From positions 240,001 through 272,000 of the forward strand of contig NZ_AP013293.1 of NCBI RefSeq assembly GCF_000829155.1: a stretch of 32,000 bases of DNA, read 5' to 3'. This stretch comes from Candidatus Karelsulcia muelleri PSPU. GTDB lineage: Bacteria; Bacteroidota; Bacteroidia; Flavobacteriales; Blattabacteriaceae. This document shows positions 21,577-30,393 of this stretch, in pieces (positions within the stretch are counted from its first letter, which is position 1; each line of letters opens with the position of its first letter). Under the pieces are notes generated by a model, which had not been told where the DNA came from, made no database searches, and was given only the letters and a program-made list of their open reading frames with translations. A program made the position numbers and the translations under genes.

Positions 21577-21951
21577 ATGAGACATAGAAAAAAAAATAAT
21601 AATTTAGGAGTAATTAGTTCACATCGTAAATCAATGTTATCGAATATGGCTTCTTCTCTTATAAAGAGAAAGAGAATTATGACTACTTTAGCAAAAGCTA
21701 AAGCATTAAGAAAATATATTGAACCTTTACTTACGAAAAGTAAAAAAAATACAATTCATTCTAGACGAAGAATATTTAAATATTTGAATGATAAGCAATC
21801 TGTTTTAGAACTTTTTTATAAGATATCATCAAAAATATATAATCGTCCTGGAGGTTATACAAGAATTATAAAAACGGGATTTCGTGTAGGTGATTCTTCA
21901 GAAACTGCAATGATTGAATTAGTTGATTATAATAATCAATATAAAAAATAA
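21577..21951 (+). CDS. rplQ: 50S ribosomal protein L17
   Basis: 124 aa; [56 protein letters not shown]. Confidence 0.98.
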   Translation: MRHRKKNNNLGVISSHRKSMLSNMASSLIKRKRIMTTLAKAKALRKYIEPLLTKSKKNTIHSRRRIFKYLNDKQSVLELFYKISSKIYNRPGGYTRIIKTGFRVGDSSETAMIELVDYNNQYKK

Positions 21952-22077
21952 TAATATGTTGTAAAAGTTTATTCTTTATTTGTGACTAATGTTGATATTA
22001 TCCAAAAATAAATAAATTTCTAATTATATTCTTTTATATCGTATTTAATAATCTTTAGGTAAGAAAAAAAAATAGTA

Positions 22078-22854
22078 TTATATATTTATAATTCCTTTAT
22101 AAACAAAGTGAACTTCTCCCTTTAAAAAAATATTTTTATAATATTTAAGTAATTTTTCAAACTTAACTTGTAAAGTACCTCCTAGGGTTTTTACTATAAT
22201 TTTATTATATAATATTTTTTTAATATGATAAGCTGCAATGGCAGAAGCTGTAACTCCTGTTCCACAGGAAAAAGTTTCATTTTCTACTCCACGTTCATAA
22301 GTTCTAACATATAAAATATTGTTCTTAATTTTAACAAAGTTAACATTTACTCCTGTTTTTCTATATTTTTTATTAAATCTAATTTTTTTACCTTCCTTAT
22401 ATACATTTATATTATTTATTTTATCTTTAAAAAGAATATGATGTGGGGATCCTGTATTTAGATATATATGTTCTGGATAAACTTTCACAAGTTCAACATT
22501 TTTCATATTTAATGAAACAATATTTTTTTTTATTGATGCAGAATGATATCCATCTATTGATTTAAATAATGTATTAGTCTTATTTATAATTCCTATTTTT
22601 TTTGCAAAATGAACAGAACATCTTCCTCCATTTCCACACATACTTCCTTCTTTTCCATCAGAATTATAGTATTTCATATAAAAATCATATTTTTTATTTT
22701 TTTCAATTAAAATTAGACCATCAGCCCCAATTCCTAAATTTCTATTGCACATATTTTTAATTATTTTTTTATTTAAAAAAAATGATTTTTCAATATTATT
22801 AATTATAATAAAATCATTTCCTGTTGCTTGATATTTAAAAAAAATAATTTTCAT
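22078..22854 (-). CDS. dapF: Diaminopimelate epimerase
   Basis: Track ORF 22078..22911. The likely start is the internal Met at 22854 (MKIIFFKYQATGNDFIIINN). Both catalytic Cys motifs are intact: GSMCGNGGRCSVHFA and TFSCGTGVTASA. Confidence 0.96.
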   Translation of the reverse strand: MKIIFFKYQATGNDFIIINNIEKSFFLNKKIIKNMCNRNLGIGADGLILIEKNKKYDFYMKYYNSDGKEGSMCGNGGRCSVHFAKKIGIINKTNTLFKSIDGYHSASIKKNIVSLNMKNVELVKVYPEHIYLNTGSPHHILFKDKINNINVYKEGKKIRFNKKYRKTGVNVNFVKIKNNILYVRTYERGVENETFSCGTGVTASAIAAYHIKKILYNKIIVKTLGGTLQVKFEKLLKYYKNIFLKGEVHFVYKGIINI

Positions 22855-22884
22855 AAATTTTTTTAAAAAAAATTTTACATATAA

Positions 22885-23805
22885 ATGTATAAAAAAATGT
22901 ATGAATATCATAATCCTGTTTTATTGGATGAGACCTTGACTCTCTTAGTTAAAGAAATTGATGGAATTTATATAGATACAACTTTTGGTGGGGGGGGACA
23001 TTCTTTTTCATTATTAAAAAAATTAAATAATAAAGGGAGGCTAATTGCTTTTGATCAAGATATATATTCTATAAAAAAAAATAATATAATTGATACAAGA
23101 TTTAATCTTGTGAAAACCAATTATATATTTATAAAAAAAATATTAAAAATATATAATCTTAATAAAGTCTCTGGTATATTAGCTGATTTAGGAATTTCTT
23201 CTCATCAAATAAATACTCCAAAAAGAGGATTTTCAATTAGATCTAATAGTATTTTAGATATGAGGATGGATACTTTTAATAAAATTAATGCAAAATATAT
23301 AATAAATAATTATTCATATAATGAATTATATAATATATTTAAAATATATGGAGATATAAAAAATTATAAATTTTTAGCAAAATTAATTCTAAAACAAAGA
23401 AAAAAAAAATATATAAAATATACATTTGATTTAATTAATATATTAAAAGTTTTTTTTAAAAAAAAACTAGAAAATAAATTTTTATCAAAGATCTTTCAAT
23501 CTTTACGAATAGAAGTAAATAATGAAATCAATGCATTAAAATATTTATTAAATAATTCTTTATCTATATTAAAACCTGGAGGTAGAATTGCTGTTATATC
23601 TTATAATTCTATAGAAGATAGAATTGTTAAAAAATTTTTAAAAACTGGAAATTTTAATGGAGTTGTTTCATATGATGGATATGGTAATAATATATCACCT
23701 TTAATTCTTTTAAAACCTAAAATAATTTTTTCTTCTAAAGAAGAAATTAAAAAAAATAATAGATCAAGAAGTGCTATATTAAGAATAGCAGAAAAAAAAC
23801 TATAA
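22885..23805 (+). CDS. rsmH: 16S rRNA (cytosine(1402)-N(4))-methyltransferase RsmH (MraW)
   Basis: 306 aa; YHNPVLLDETLTLLVKEIDGIYIDTTFGGGGHSFSLL, GILADLGISSHQINTPKRGFS, NNSLSILKPGGRIAVISYNSIEDRIVK. The start may instead be the internal Met at 22897. Confidence 0.95.
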   Translation: MYKKMYEYHNPVLLDETLTLLVKEIDGIYIDTTFGGGGHSFSLLKKLNNKGRLIAFDQDIYSIKKNNIIDTRFNLVKTNYIFIKKILKIYNLNKVSGILADLGISSHQINTPKRGFSIRSNSILDMRMDTFNKINAKYIINNYSYNELYNIFKIYGDIKNYKFLAKLILKQRKKKYIKYTFDLINILKVFFKKKLENKFLSKIFQSLRIEVNNEINALKYLLNNSLSILKPGGRIAVISYNSIEDRIVKKFLKTGNFNGVVSYDGYGNNISPLILLKPKIIFSSKEEIKKNNRSRSAILRIAEKKL

Positions 23806-23807
23806 TA

Positions 23808-24111
23808 AAGTAAACTTATAAGCCGGATTCTGTATTTATCATTTATCTGGGAAAAAAGTTACCTTTTTACTCTATCTGCCCACCCCCCGAATTAATAGTT
23901 AAAGGGAATACTACACTTTTTTTAAAAAGTATCCGGTATACATTGCATTTCACAACACAGAGTTTACAATATTTCACTACAGCCTAACTGTACTTTATTT
24001 CTGTTGCACTATTCCTAATCTCACGATGGCCGGGAATTACCCGATGTGTTCCCCTAATGTGTCCGGACTTTCCTCATTATTTAATAATAAACGCGATAAA
24101 AAAGTCTACTT
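23808..24111 (-). ncRNA. rnpB: RNase P RNA (M1 RNA), compact form
   Basis: The minus strand carries GAGGAAAGTCCGGACAC (24059-24075), GTGCAACAGAAA and near the 3' end ACAGAATCCGGCTTAT (23818-23833), the hallmark conserved regions. The ends 5'-AAGTAGACTT (24111-24102) and AAGTTTACTT-3' (23817-23808) pair as P1 with one G-U. Ends are inferred from that helix. Confidence 0.95.
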
Positions 24112-24113
24112 CT

Positions 24114-25652
24114 TTATAAAAAATTTTCTTTTATTATTCTTGGATAAACCCATTTAAGTAAATTCATATAAGAATATAAACCTCCCTCAAAATGTTGGGG
24201 GATAGTAGGTTTATAATTTATATAAATATTTTCAGCATTAAATTTATTAGTAATAGAAGATATTATGTATCTATCATTACAAAATATATATCCTGTAAAA
24301 AAAAAATTTGTTTTATTCACTAAATAAATAGTTTTTTCCCAATTAGAATCTTCATATATATAAACTGTTAAGACTGGGCCAAATATTTCATCTATCATAC
24401 TTTCATAATATGGATTATTAGTTTCTATTACTGTTGGAGTAATAAAATAACCTTTTGAACTATCACATTTTCCACCAATAATAATATTACAATTATTATC
24501 ATTCTTAGCTCTATATATATATCCTTTAATTTTATTAAAACTAATTTCATCAATTACAGATGTAATAAAATTTGAAAAATTCCTAGGACTTCCTAGTTTC
24601 ATAGAATGAATATTATTTATTAATAATTTTTTTATATTTTCTTTCCATAAAGATTTTGGTATATAAGCTCTAGACACAGCAGACAATTTTTGTCCTTGAT
24701 ATTCAAAAGCTCCATATGAAAGTGCTATAGATACTTCTTTTGAATTAGAATTAGGATGTACCCATATAAAATTTTTTCCTCCTGTTTCTCCTACAATACG
24801 TGGAGAATATCTATATAAATCTATTTTTTTACTTATATTTTTAAATATTTTTTTAAAGACTTCTGTAGAGCCTGTAAAATTTATTCCTGCAAAATTTTTA
24901 TGTTTTAATATAACATTTGATGTAGTTTTTACATTTGTTAATAACATATTAATTACACCATCAGGCAATCCAGATTTTTTAAATATTTCCATTAAAACAT
25001 TTGCAGAATATAATTGTTTATTAGATGGTTTCCATAATACAACATTTCCCATAAGGGCCATACAAGCTGGTAAATATCCAGATATAGAAGTAAAATTAAA
25101 TGGTGTTATTGCAACTACAAATCCTTTTAAAGGACGATAATATAAACTATTAAAAACTCCTCTACTATATAAATATTTCTTATTATATATTATATATGCA
25201 TATTCTATATGAAATTTTAAAAGATCTATTAATTCACAAGCGGCATCTATTTCAGATTGAAAAATATTTTTCGATTGACCAATCATTGTAGCTGCATTAA
25301 TTTTCATTCTATATGGACCAGAAATTAAATCAGCAGCTTTTAAAAATATAGAAGCTCTATCTGCCCAAGATAAATTTGACCAATTTTTATGGACTGATAA
25401 AGATGAATTAATTGCATTATTAATATCTTTTTCTGATCCTTCATGCCAATATCCTATAATTTTTTTATTATCATGTGGAGGAGAAATAGGATGTTTTATT
25501 CCACTAAAAATTTTTTCATTTCCAATATATTGAGGAATATCTATTTTAGAATTAAACATTTCATCATAAAGTCTTTTTAATTTTAAACGAGAAATAATAT
25601 CATTATTATAATCATGTATTGGTTCATTAATAAAAAATTTTTTTTTATACAT
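24114..25652 (-). CDS. pruA: Delta-1-pyrroline-5-carboxylate dehydrogenase homologue, predicted catalytically impaired (Cys to Leu at the nucleophile, C-terminal motif lost)
   Basis: 512 aa, syntenic over the whole family: GFVVAITPFNFTSISGYLPACMALMGNVVLWKPSN, FTGSTEVFK, RIVGETGGKNFIWVHP, GAFEYQGQKLSAVSRAYIPKSLW, YFITPTVIE. The family motif GQKCSA reads GQKLSA here. Confidence 0.9.
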   Translation of the reverse strand: MYKKKFFINEPIHDYNNDIISRLKLKRLYDEMFNSKIDIPQYIGNEKIFSGIKHPISPPHDNKKIIGYWHEGSEKDINNAINSSLSVHKNWSNLSWADRASIFLKAADLISGPYRMKINAATMIGQSKNIFQSEIDAACELIDLLKFHIEYAYIIYNKKYLYSRGVFNSLYYRPLKGFVVAITPFNFTSISGYLPACMALMGNVVLWKPSNKQLYSANVLMEIFKKSGLPDGVINMLLTNVKTTSNVILKHKNFAGINFTGSTEVFKKIFKNISKKIDLYRYSPRIVGETGGKNFIWVHPNSNSKEVSIALSYGAFEYQGQKLSAVSRAYIPKSLWKENIKKLLINNIHSMKLGSPRNFSNFITSVIDEISFNKIKGYIYRAKNDNNCNIIIGGKCDSSKGYFITPTVIETNNPYYESMIDEIFGPVLTVYIYEDSNWEKTIYLVNKTNFFFTGYIFCNDRYIISSITNKFNAENIYINYKPTIPQHFEGGLYSYMNLLKWVYPRIIKENFL

Positions 25653-25667
25653 AAAATTATTTTAAAT

Positions 25668-27302
25668 TTAATTTTTAGTAAAATTAAATATAATTTTTTT
25701 TCCAAAAGGTGTATAATATGGATTGTTAGAATTAAATAAATTTTTAATTAAATATTTAATTTTTAAATTATTAATTTTTACTCCATTTTTAATAGAAAAA
25801 TATTTACATATTTTTTTATAAAAAATCTCAAGATTTAAATCAAAATTTGATATAATACTTTTTATAAAATTAGATATATTATATGACTCTAACATTAGAG
25901 GTATATATTTAACTAAAATAATATCTTTAATAAGATTAATTTCAAATCCTAAATAATTTAATTTATTTATTATTTCTTTTATAGAAGAATAATTTTTATT
26001 AATAATTTTTATTTCGATTGGAAATCGAATTTTTTTTTTTTTTTTATATTTTTTATAATAAAAAAAATCATATAAAATTCTTTGATGAGCACGATTTTGA
26101 TTGACTAATATGAGTTCAAATTTAATAAAGCCTAATAGATATTTATTATAAATTTGAATCCATTTATATAAATAATATTTATTTACGTTTTCTAAAAAAA
26201 AATTAGAATTAAATTTTTTTTCTTTTAAAGATTCTTTTATATTTTTATATTTTTTATTAAAAAAAAAGATATAATTTTTATCAGTATCTTTTTTTTTTAA
26301 AAAAAATTTTTTAATATTATTAATTCCTAAATATTCTTTAATAAGAGTACTAATTTTATTACATAAATATATTTCATCATAAAATTTTACTTTTGTTTTG
26401 TATGGACTAATATTAATATTAAATTTACTAGGATCCATCGTTAAAAAAATAAAATAAGAAGGATTATATTTTTTTTTTGTAAGACCTTCATAAGAATTTA
26501 TAATAGCATTATGTAAATTTTTATTTTTTATAAATCGTTTATTTAAAAAAATATATTGTTTTTTTAAATTAAAATATTTAGTATTTGTTATGTAACCTTG
26601 TATTTTAACTAAGTTAGTCGTTTTTTTTATTTTAATTAAATATTTTTTTATTTTTTTACCAAAAATTTTTATTATACGTTTTTTATGTGAAGATTTTTTT
26701 AAAAAAAAAACAATTTTTTTATTATTTTTTAAAATAAAATTTATATCATTATGACTTAATACAATTTTATAAAATTCATTAATAATATTTTTTAATTCTA
26801 AATTAGAAGATTTTAAAAATTTCCTTTTAACAGGAATATTATAAAATATATTCTTTATACATATGCTACACCCTTTATCCATGGAAATTGGTAATGGTTT
26901 ATATTTTAATTTTCCATTTTCTATAATAAGCCTTATTCCTATATCTGATTCTATATATCTTGTATCAATTTCTATCTGGGTAACAGAAGTAATATAAGAT
27001 AAAGCTTCACCTCTAAATCCTTTAGTTGAAAGATTTAAAAGATCTTCTACTTTATTTATTTTTGACGTAGAATATCTCTCAAAACTTTTTATAGCATCAT
27101 TTTTACTCATTCCTATACCATCATCTATAATATGTATTCTATCTTTACCTCCATTTAATAATATTATTTTTATATTTTTTGCATAAGCATCTATAGAATT
27201 TTCTAAAATTTCTTTTAATATTGATGATGGGTTATGTATTACATCTCCAGATGCTATTTTATTTGATACATTTTTTGATAATAATTTTATTACATCAGTC
27301 AT
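25668..27302 (-). CDS. mutL: DNA mismatch repair protein MutL
   Basis: Track ORF 25668..27395. The likely start is the ATG at 27302: MTDVIKLLSKNVSNKIASGDVIHNPSSILKEILENSIDAYAKNIKI...IIDDGIGM...STKGFRGEALSYI, the GHKL ATPase motifs of MutL. Confidence 0.94.
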   Translation of the reverse strand: MTDVIKLLSKNVSNKIASGDVIHNPSSILKEILENSIDAYAKNIKIILLNGGKDRIHIIDDGIGMSKNDAIKSFERYSTSKINKVEDLLNLSTKGFRGEALSYITSVTQIEIDTRYIESDIGIRLIIENGKLKYKPLPISMDKGCSICIKNIFYNIPVKRKFLKSSNLELKNIINEFYKIVLSHNDINFILKNNKKIVFFLKKSSHKKRIIKIFGKKIKKYLIKIKKTTNLVKIQGYITNTKYFNLKKQYIFLNKRFIKNKNLHNAIINSYEGLTKKKYNPSYFIFLTMDPSKFNINISPYKTKVKFYDEIYLCNKISTLIKEYLGINNIKKFFLKKKDTDKNYIFFFNKKYKNIKESLKEKKFNSNFFLENVNKYYLYKWIQIYNKYLLGFIKFELILVNQNRAHQRILYDFFYYKKYKKKKKIRFPIEIKIINKNYSSIKEIINKLNYLGFEINLIKDIILVKYIPLMLESYNISNFIKSIISNFDLNLEIFYKKICKYFSIKNGVKINNLKIKYLIKNLFNSNNPYYTPFGKKIIFNFTKN

Positions 27303-27380
27303 TTTATTATAGATTATAATTTTTAATATTGTTAGTAATTTATTTTTAAATAAATTATTTTTTATTATAATATATATATT

Positions 27381-28718
27381 GTGAAACTCTGGCAAAAAAA
27401 TTTTGAAATTAATAAAAAAATAGAAATATTTACAGTAGGAAAAGATAGAAATTTAGATTTATTTTTAGCACCTCATGATGTTATAGGGACATTAGCACAT
27501 ATAATAATGTTAGAAACAATAGGTCTATTAAACATTAACGAATTAAATTCTTTAATTAAAGAATTACATATTATTTATGATACAATTATATCTGGAAAAT
27601 TTAAAATAGAGGATAATGTCGAAGATATACATTCTCAAATAGAATTAATATTAACTCAACGTTTAGGAGAAATCGGTAAAAAAATCCATAGTGGAAGATC
27701 TAGAAATGATCAAATTTTATTAGATATAAAATTATTTATTCGTAAAGAAATACAAGAATTAGTTTTTTTAATTAAAAAATTATTTAATGTCTTAATATAT
27801 TTAAGTAATCGTTATAAAAAAATATTAATTCCTGGTTATACACATTATCAAATAGCTATGCCTTCTTCATTTGGTTTATGGTTCGCCTCTTATGCAGAAA
27901 GTCTTATAGACGATATATGTTTTTTAAAAAACGCTTATAATATTTCTAATAAAAATCCTTTAGGTTCAGCAGCTGGATTTGGATCATCTTTTTCATTAAA
28001 TAGAAAACTTACAACAGATCTTTTAGGTTTTGAAGATTTAAATTATAATGTAGTATATGCACAAATGTGTAGAGGTAAAACAGAACGTATAGTTTCACAA
28101 GCTATTTCATCATTAGCTAGTACTATGAGTAAAATATCTCAAGATATATGTTTATATATGAGTCAGAATTTTAATTTTTTTTCATTACCTGATAATTTAA
28201 CTACAGGATCTAGCATAATGCCACACAAAAAAAATCCAGATGTATTTGAATTAATAAGATCTAGATGTAATAAAATTATTTCTTTACCTAATCAAATATC
28301 AATTATAATAACTAATTTATCTTCAGGATATCATAGAGATTTACAAACTATTAAAGAAATTTTTTTACCAATATTTGATGAAATTAAAACAATAATATTA
28401 ATATCTACATTTATGTTTAAAAAACTAATTATAAATAAAGAAATATTAAATGATAAAAAATATAAATATTTGTTTAGTGTAGAAGTTGTTAATTCTTTAG
28501 TTAAAAAAGGTGTCTCATTTAGAGAAGCATATAAAAAAATTGGATTAGATATCCAAAAAGGATGTTTTTATCCAATTACTGAGATAAAACATTCTCATGA
28601 AGGAAGTATAAGCAATTTATGTAATAAAAAACTTTCATATATAATGAAAAATTCAATAAAACAATTTAAATTTGAAATTGTTAATAAAGCCATTAATAAA
28701 TTATTAATTAATATATAA
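27381..28718 (+). CDS. argH: Argininosuccinate lyase (GTG start codon)
   Basis: 445 aa; KLWQKNFEI, EDIHSQIELILTQRLGEIGKKIHSGRSRNDQ, TTGSSIMPHKKNPDVFELIRSR. The nucleotides at 27381-27383 are GTG. Confidence 0.96.
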   Translation: MKLWQKNFEINKKIEIFTVGKDRNLDLFLAPHDVIGTLAHIIMLETIGLLNINELNSLIKELHIIYDTIISGKFKIEDNVEDIHSQIELILTQRLGEIGKKIHSGRSRNDQILLDIKLFIRKEIQELVFLIKKLFNVLIYLSNRYKKILIPGYTHYQIAMPSSFGLWFASYAESLIDDICFLKNAYNISNKNPLGSAAGFGSSFSLNRKLTTDLLGFEDLNYNVVYAQMCRGKTERIVSQAISSLASTMSKISQDICLYMSQNFNFFSLPDNLTTGSSIMPHKKNPDVFELIRSRCNKIISLPNQISIIITNLSSGYHRDLQTIKEIFLPIFDEIKTIILISTFMFKKLIINKEILNDKKYKYLFSVEVVNSLVKKGVSFREAYKKIGLDIQKGCFYPITEIKHSHEGSISNLCNKKLSYIMKNSIKQFKFEIVNKAINKLLINI

Positions 28719-28720
28719 TT

Positions 28721-30202
28721 TTATTTCATTTGAGGAAAAAATAAAACATCTTGTATACATTTGTTATTTGTTAATAACATTATTAACCTATCTATTCCAA
28801 TTCCTATTCCTGCACATGGGGGCATTCCAAATTCTAAAGAACGTATAAAATTACAATCTATTAACATAGCTTCATTATCTCCTTTATTATAGAGTTTAAT
28901 TTGTTCTCTAAATCTTTTTAATTGATCAATAGGATTATTTAATTCAGAATATGAATTTGCTATTTCATTTCCATTAATTATCAATTCAAACCTTTCAGTT
29001 AATCCTTTTTTACTTCTATGTATTTGAGTTAAAGGACTCATTTCTATTGGATGATCCATAATAAATGTAGGATTAATATATTTTTTTTCACATTTTTCAC
29101 TAAAAATTAGATCAATAATTTTACCTTTTCCCATACTATTATCTATTTTTACATTTATTTTTTTACATATTTTAATTATATTTTTTTCATCCATTCCATA
29201 TAAATCATAGCCAGTATTTTCTTTAATTGAATCTAATATTGTTATTTTTTTAAATGGAATATTAAAATTTATAATATTATATCCAATTTTTATAAATTTT
29301 TTATCATGTATTTTTACACATAAAAATTCTAGCATTTTTTCTATAAAAATCATCATCCAAAAATAATCTTTATAAGATACATATAATTCTAAAATAGTAA
29401 ATTCTGTATTATGTATTTTATCTATACCTTCATTTCTAAAATTTCTAGAAAATTCATAAACGGATTCTAATCCTCCTACAATTAATTTTTTTAAAAATAA
29501 TTCATTTGAAATACGTAAATATAATGGTATATTTAGTGCATTATGATGAGTCATAAATGGACGAGCGATAGCCCCTCCAGGGATTGATTGAAGTATAGGA
29601 GTTTCTACTTCTAAATATCCTTTTTTATTTAAAAAATTACGAATATATTGTATTATTTTAGTTCGCTTTCTAAATATAGATTTTGTTTTATCATTAACTA
29701 TTAAATCTAAATATCTCATACGATAACGTTGTTCAGACTCATAAAAAGAGTCATGAACTTTTCCAGTTTCATCTTGTTTAACATGGGGTAAAACACGTAA
29801 ACATTTAGATAATAATTTTATTTTTTTAGCATGTACAGTAGTCTTATTACTTTTAGTTTTAAATAAAAAACCTTTTATTCCTATAATATCTCCAATATCT
29901 AAAAGTTTTTTAAAAAAAAAATCATAATTTTTTATACTATCTCTTTTAAGATAAATCTGTATTATTCCATGTTTATCTTTCATTTCTATAAATGAGGCTT
30001 TTCCCATTATTCTCATTCTAATAATACGTCCAGAAATAATTACATTTTTTCCATATTCATAAAATTTAATCAAATATATTGATGTTGCATTTACATAATA
30101 TTCTTCAGACGGATAAGGATTTATACCCAATTTTATAATTTCATAAAGTTTTTTTCTACGTATTATTTCTTGATCTGATAATTTTATAAAATTTTTATTC
30201 AT
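28721..30202 (-). CDS. lysS: Lysyl-tRNA synthetase, class II
   Basis: Track ORF 28721..30292. The N-terminal 30 codons of the ORF run through the tRNA-Arg gene, so the likely start is the ATG at 30202 (MNKNFIKLSDQEIIRRKKL). Motifs: RYRMRYLDLI, FRNEGIDKIHNTEFTILELY, GFGMPPCAGIGIGIDRLIMLLTN in the form EFGMPPCAGIGIGIDRLIMLL. Confidence 0.96.
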   Translation of the reverse strand: MNKNFIKLSDQEIIRRKKLYEIIKLGINPYPSEEYYVNATSIYLIKFYEYGKNVIISGRIIRMRIMGKASFIEMKDKHGIIQIYLKRDSIKNYDFFFKKLLDIGDIIGIKGFLFKTKSNKTTVHAKKIKLLSKCLRVLPHVKQDETGKVHDSFYESEQRYRMRYLDLIVNDKTKSIFRKRTKIIQYIRNFLNKKGYLEVETPILQSIPGGAIARPFMTHHNALNIPLYLRISNELFLKKLIVGGLESVYEFSRNFRNEGIDKIHNTEFTILELYVSYKDYFWMMIFIEKMLEFLCVKIHDKKFIKIGYNIINFNIPFKKITILDSIKENTGYDLYGMDEKNIIKICKKINVKIDNSMGKGKIIDLIFSEKCEKKYINPTFIMDHPIEMSPLTQIHRSKKGLTERFELIINGNEIANSYSELNNPIDQLKRFREQIKLYNKGDNEAMLIDCNFIRSLEFGMPPCAGIGIGIDRLIMLLTNNKCIQDVLFFPQMK

Positions 30203-30233
30203 AAAATAATTTGAATGATAATATAAACAAAAG

Positions 30234-30307
30234 TGACCTCGAAGGGAGTTGAACCCCCAACCTTCTGATCCGTAGTCAGATGCTCTATCCAATTAAGCTA
30301 CGAGGCC
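30234..30307 (-). tRNA. tRNA-Arg (anticodon ACG)
   Basis: Minus strand GGCCTCG TAGCTTAATTGGATAGAGCA TCTGA CTACGGA TCAGA AGGTTGGGGGTTCAACTCCCTTCGAGGTC A: cloverleaf with 7-bp acceptor stem, anticodon loop CU-ACG-GA, T-loop GTTCAAC. CCA is not encoded. Confidence 0.97.
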
Positions 30308-30393
30308 TACTTTTTATTTAAAAAGTTTTATAAATTATATATATAATTTTTTTTTAAATAAATATATATATTATAAATATTTATTTAAAATAA

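Noticed and set aside
22855-22911. N-terminal extension of the dapF ORF overlapping rsmH
   Set aside because: DapF homology starts at MKIIFFKYQATGNDF (22854).
27303-27395. N-terminal extension of the mutL ORF overlapping argH
   Set aside because: The first 31 residues are not MutL-like. The MutL N-terminus begins MTDVIKLLSKNVSNKIASGDV at 27302.
30203-30292. N-terminal extension MDRASDYGSEGWGFNSLRGH... of the lysS ORF
   Set aside because: These codons read through the tRNA-Arg gene (30234-30307). LysRS homology begins at the Met encoded at 30202.
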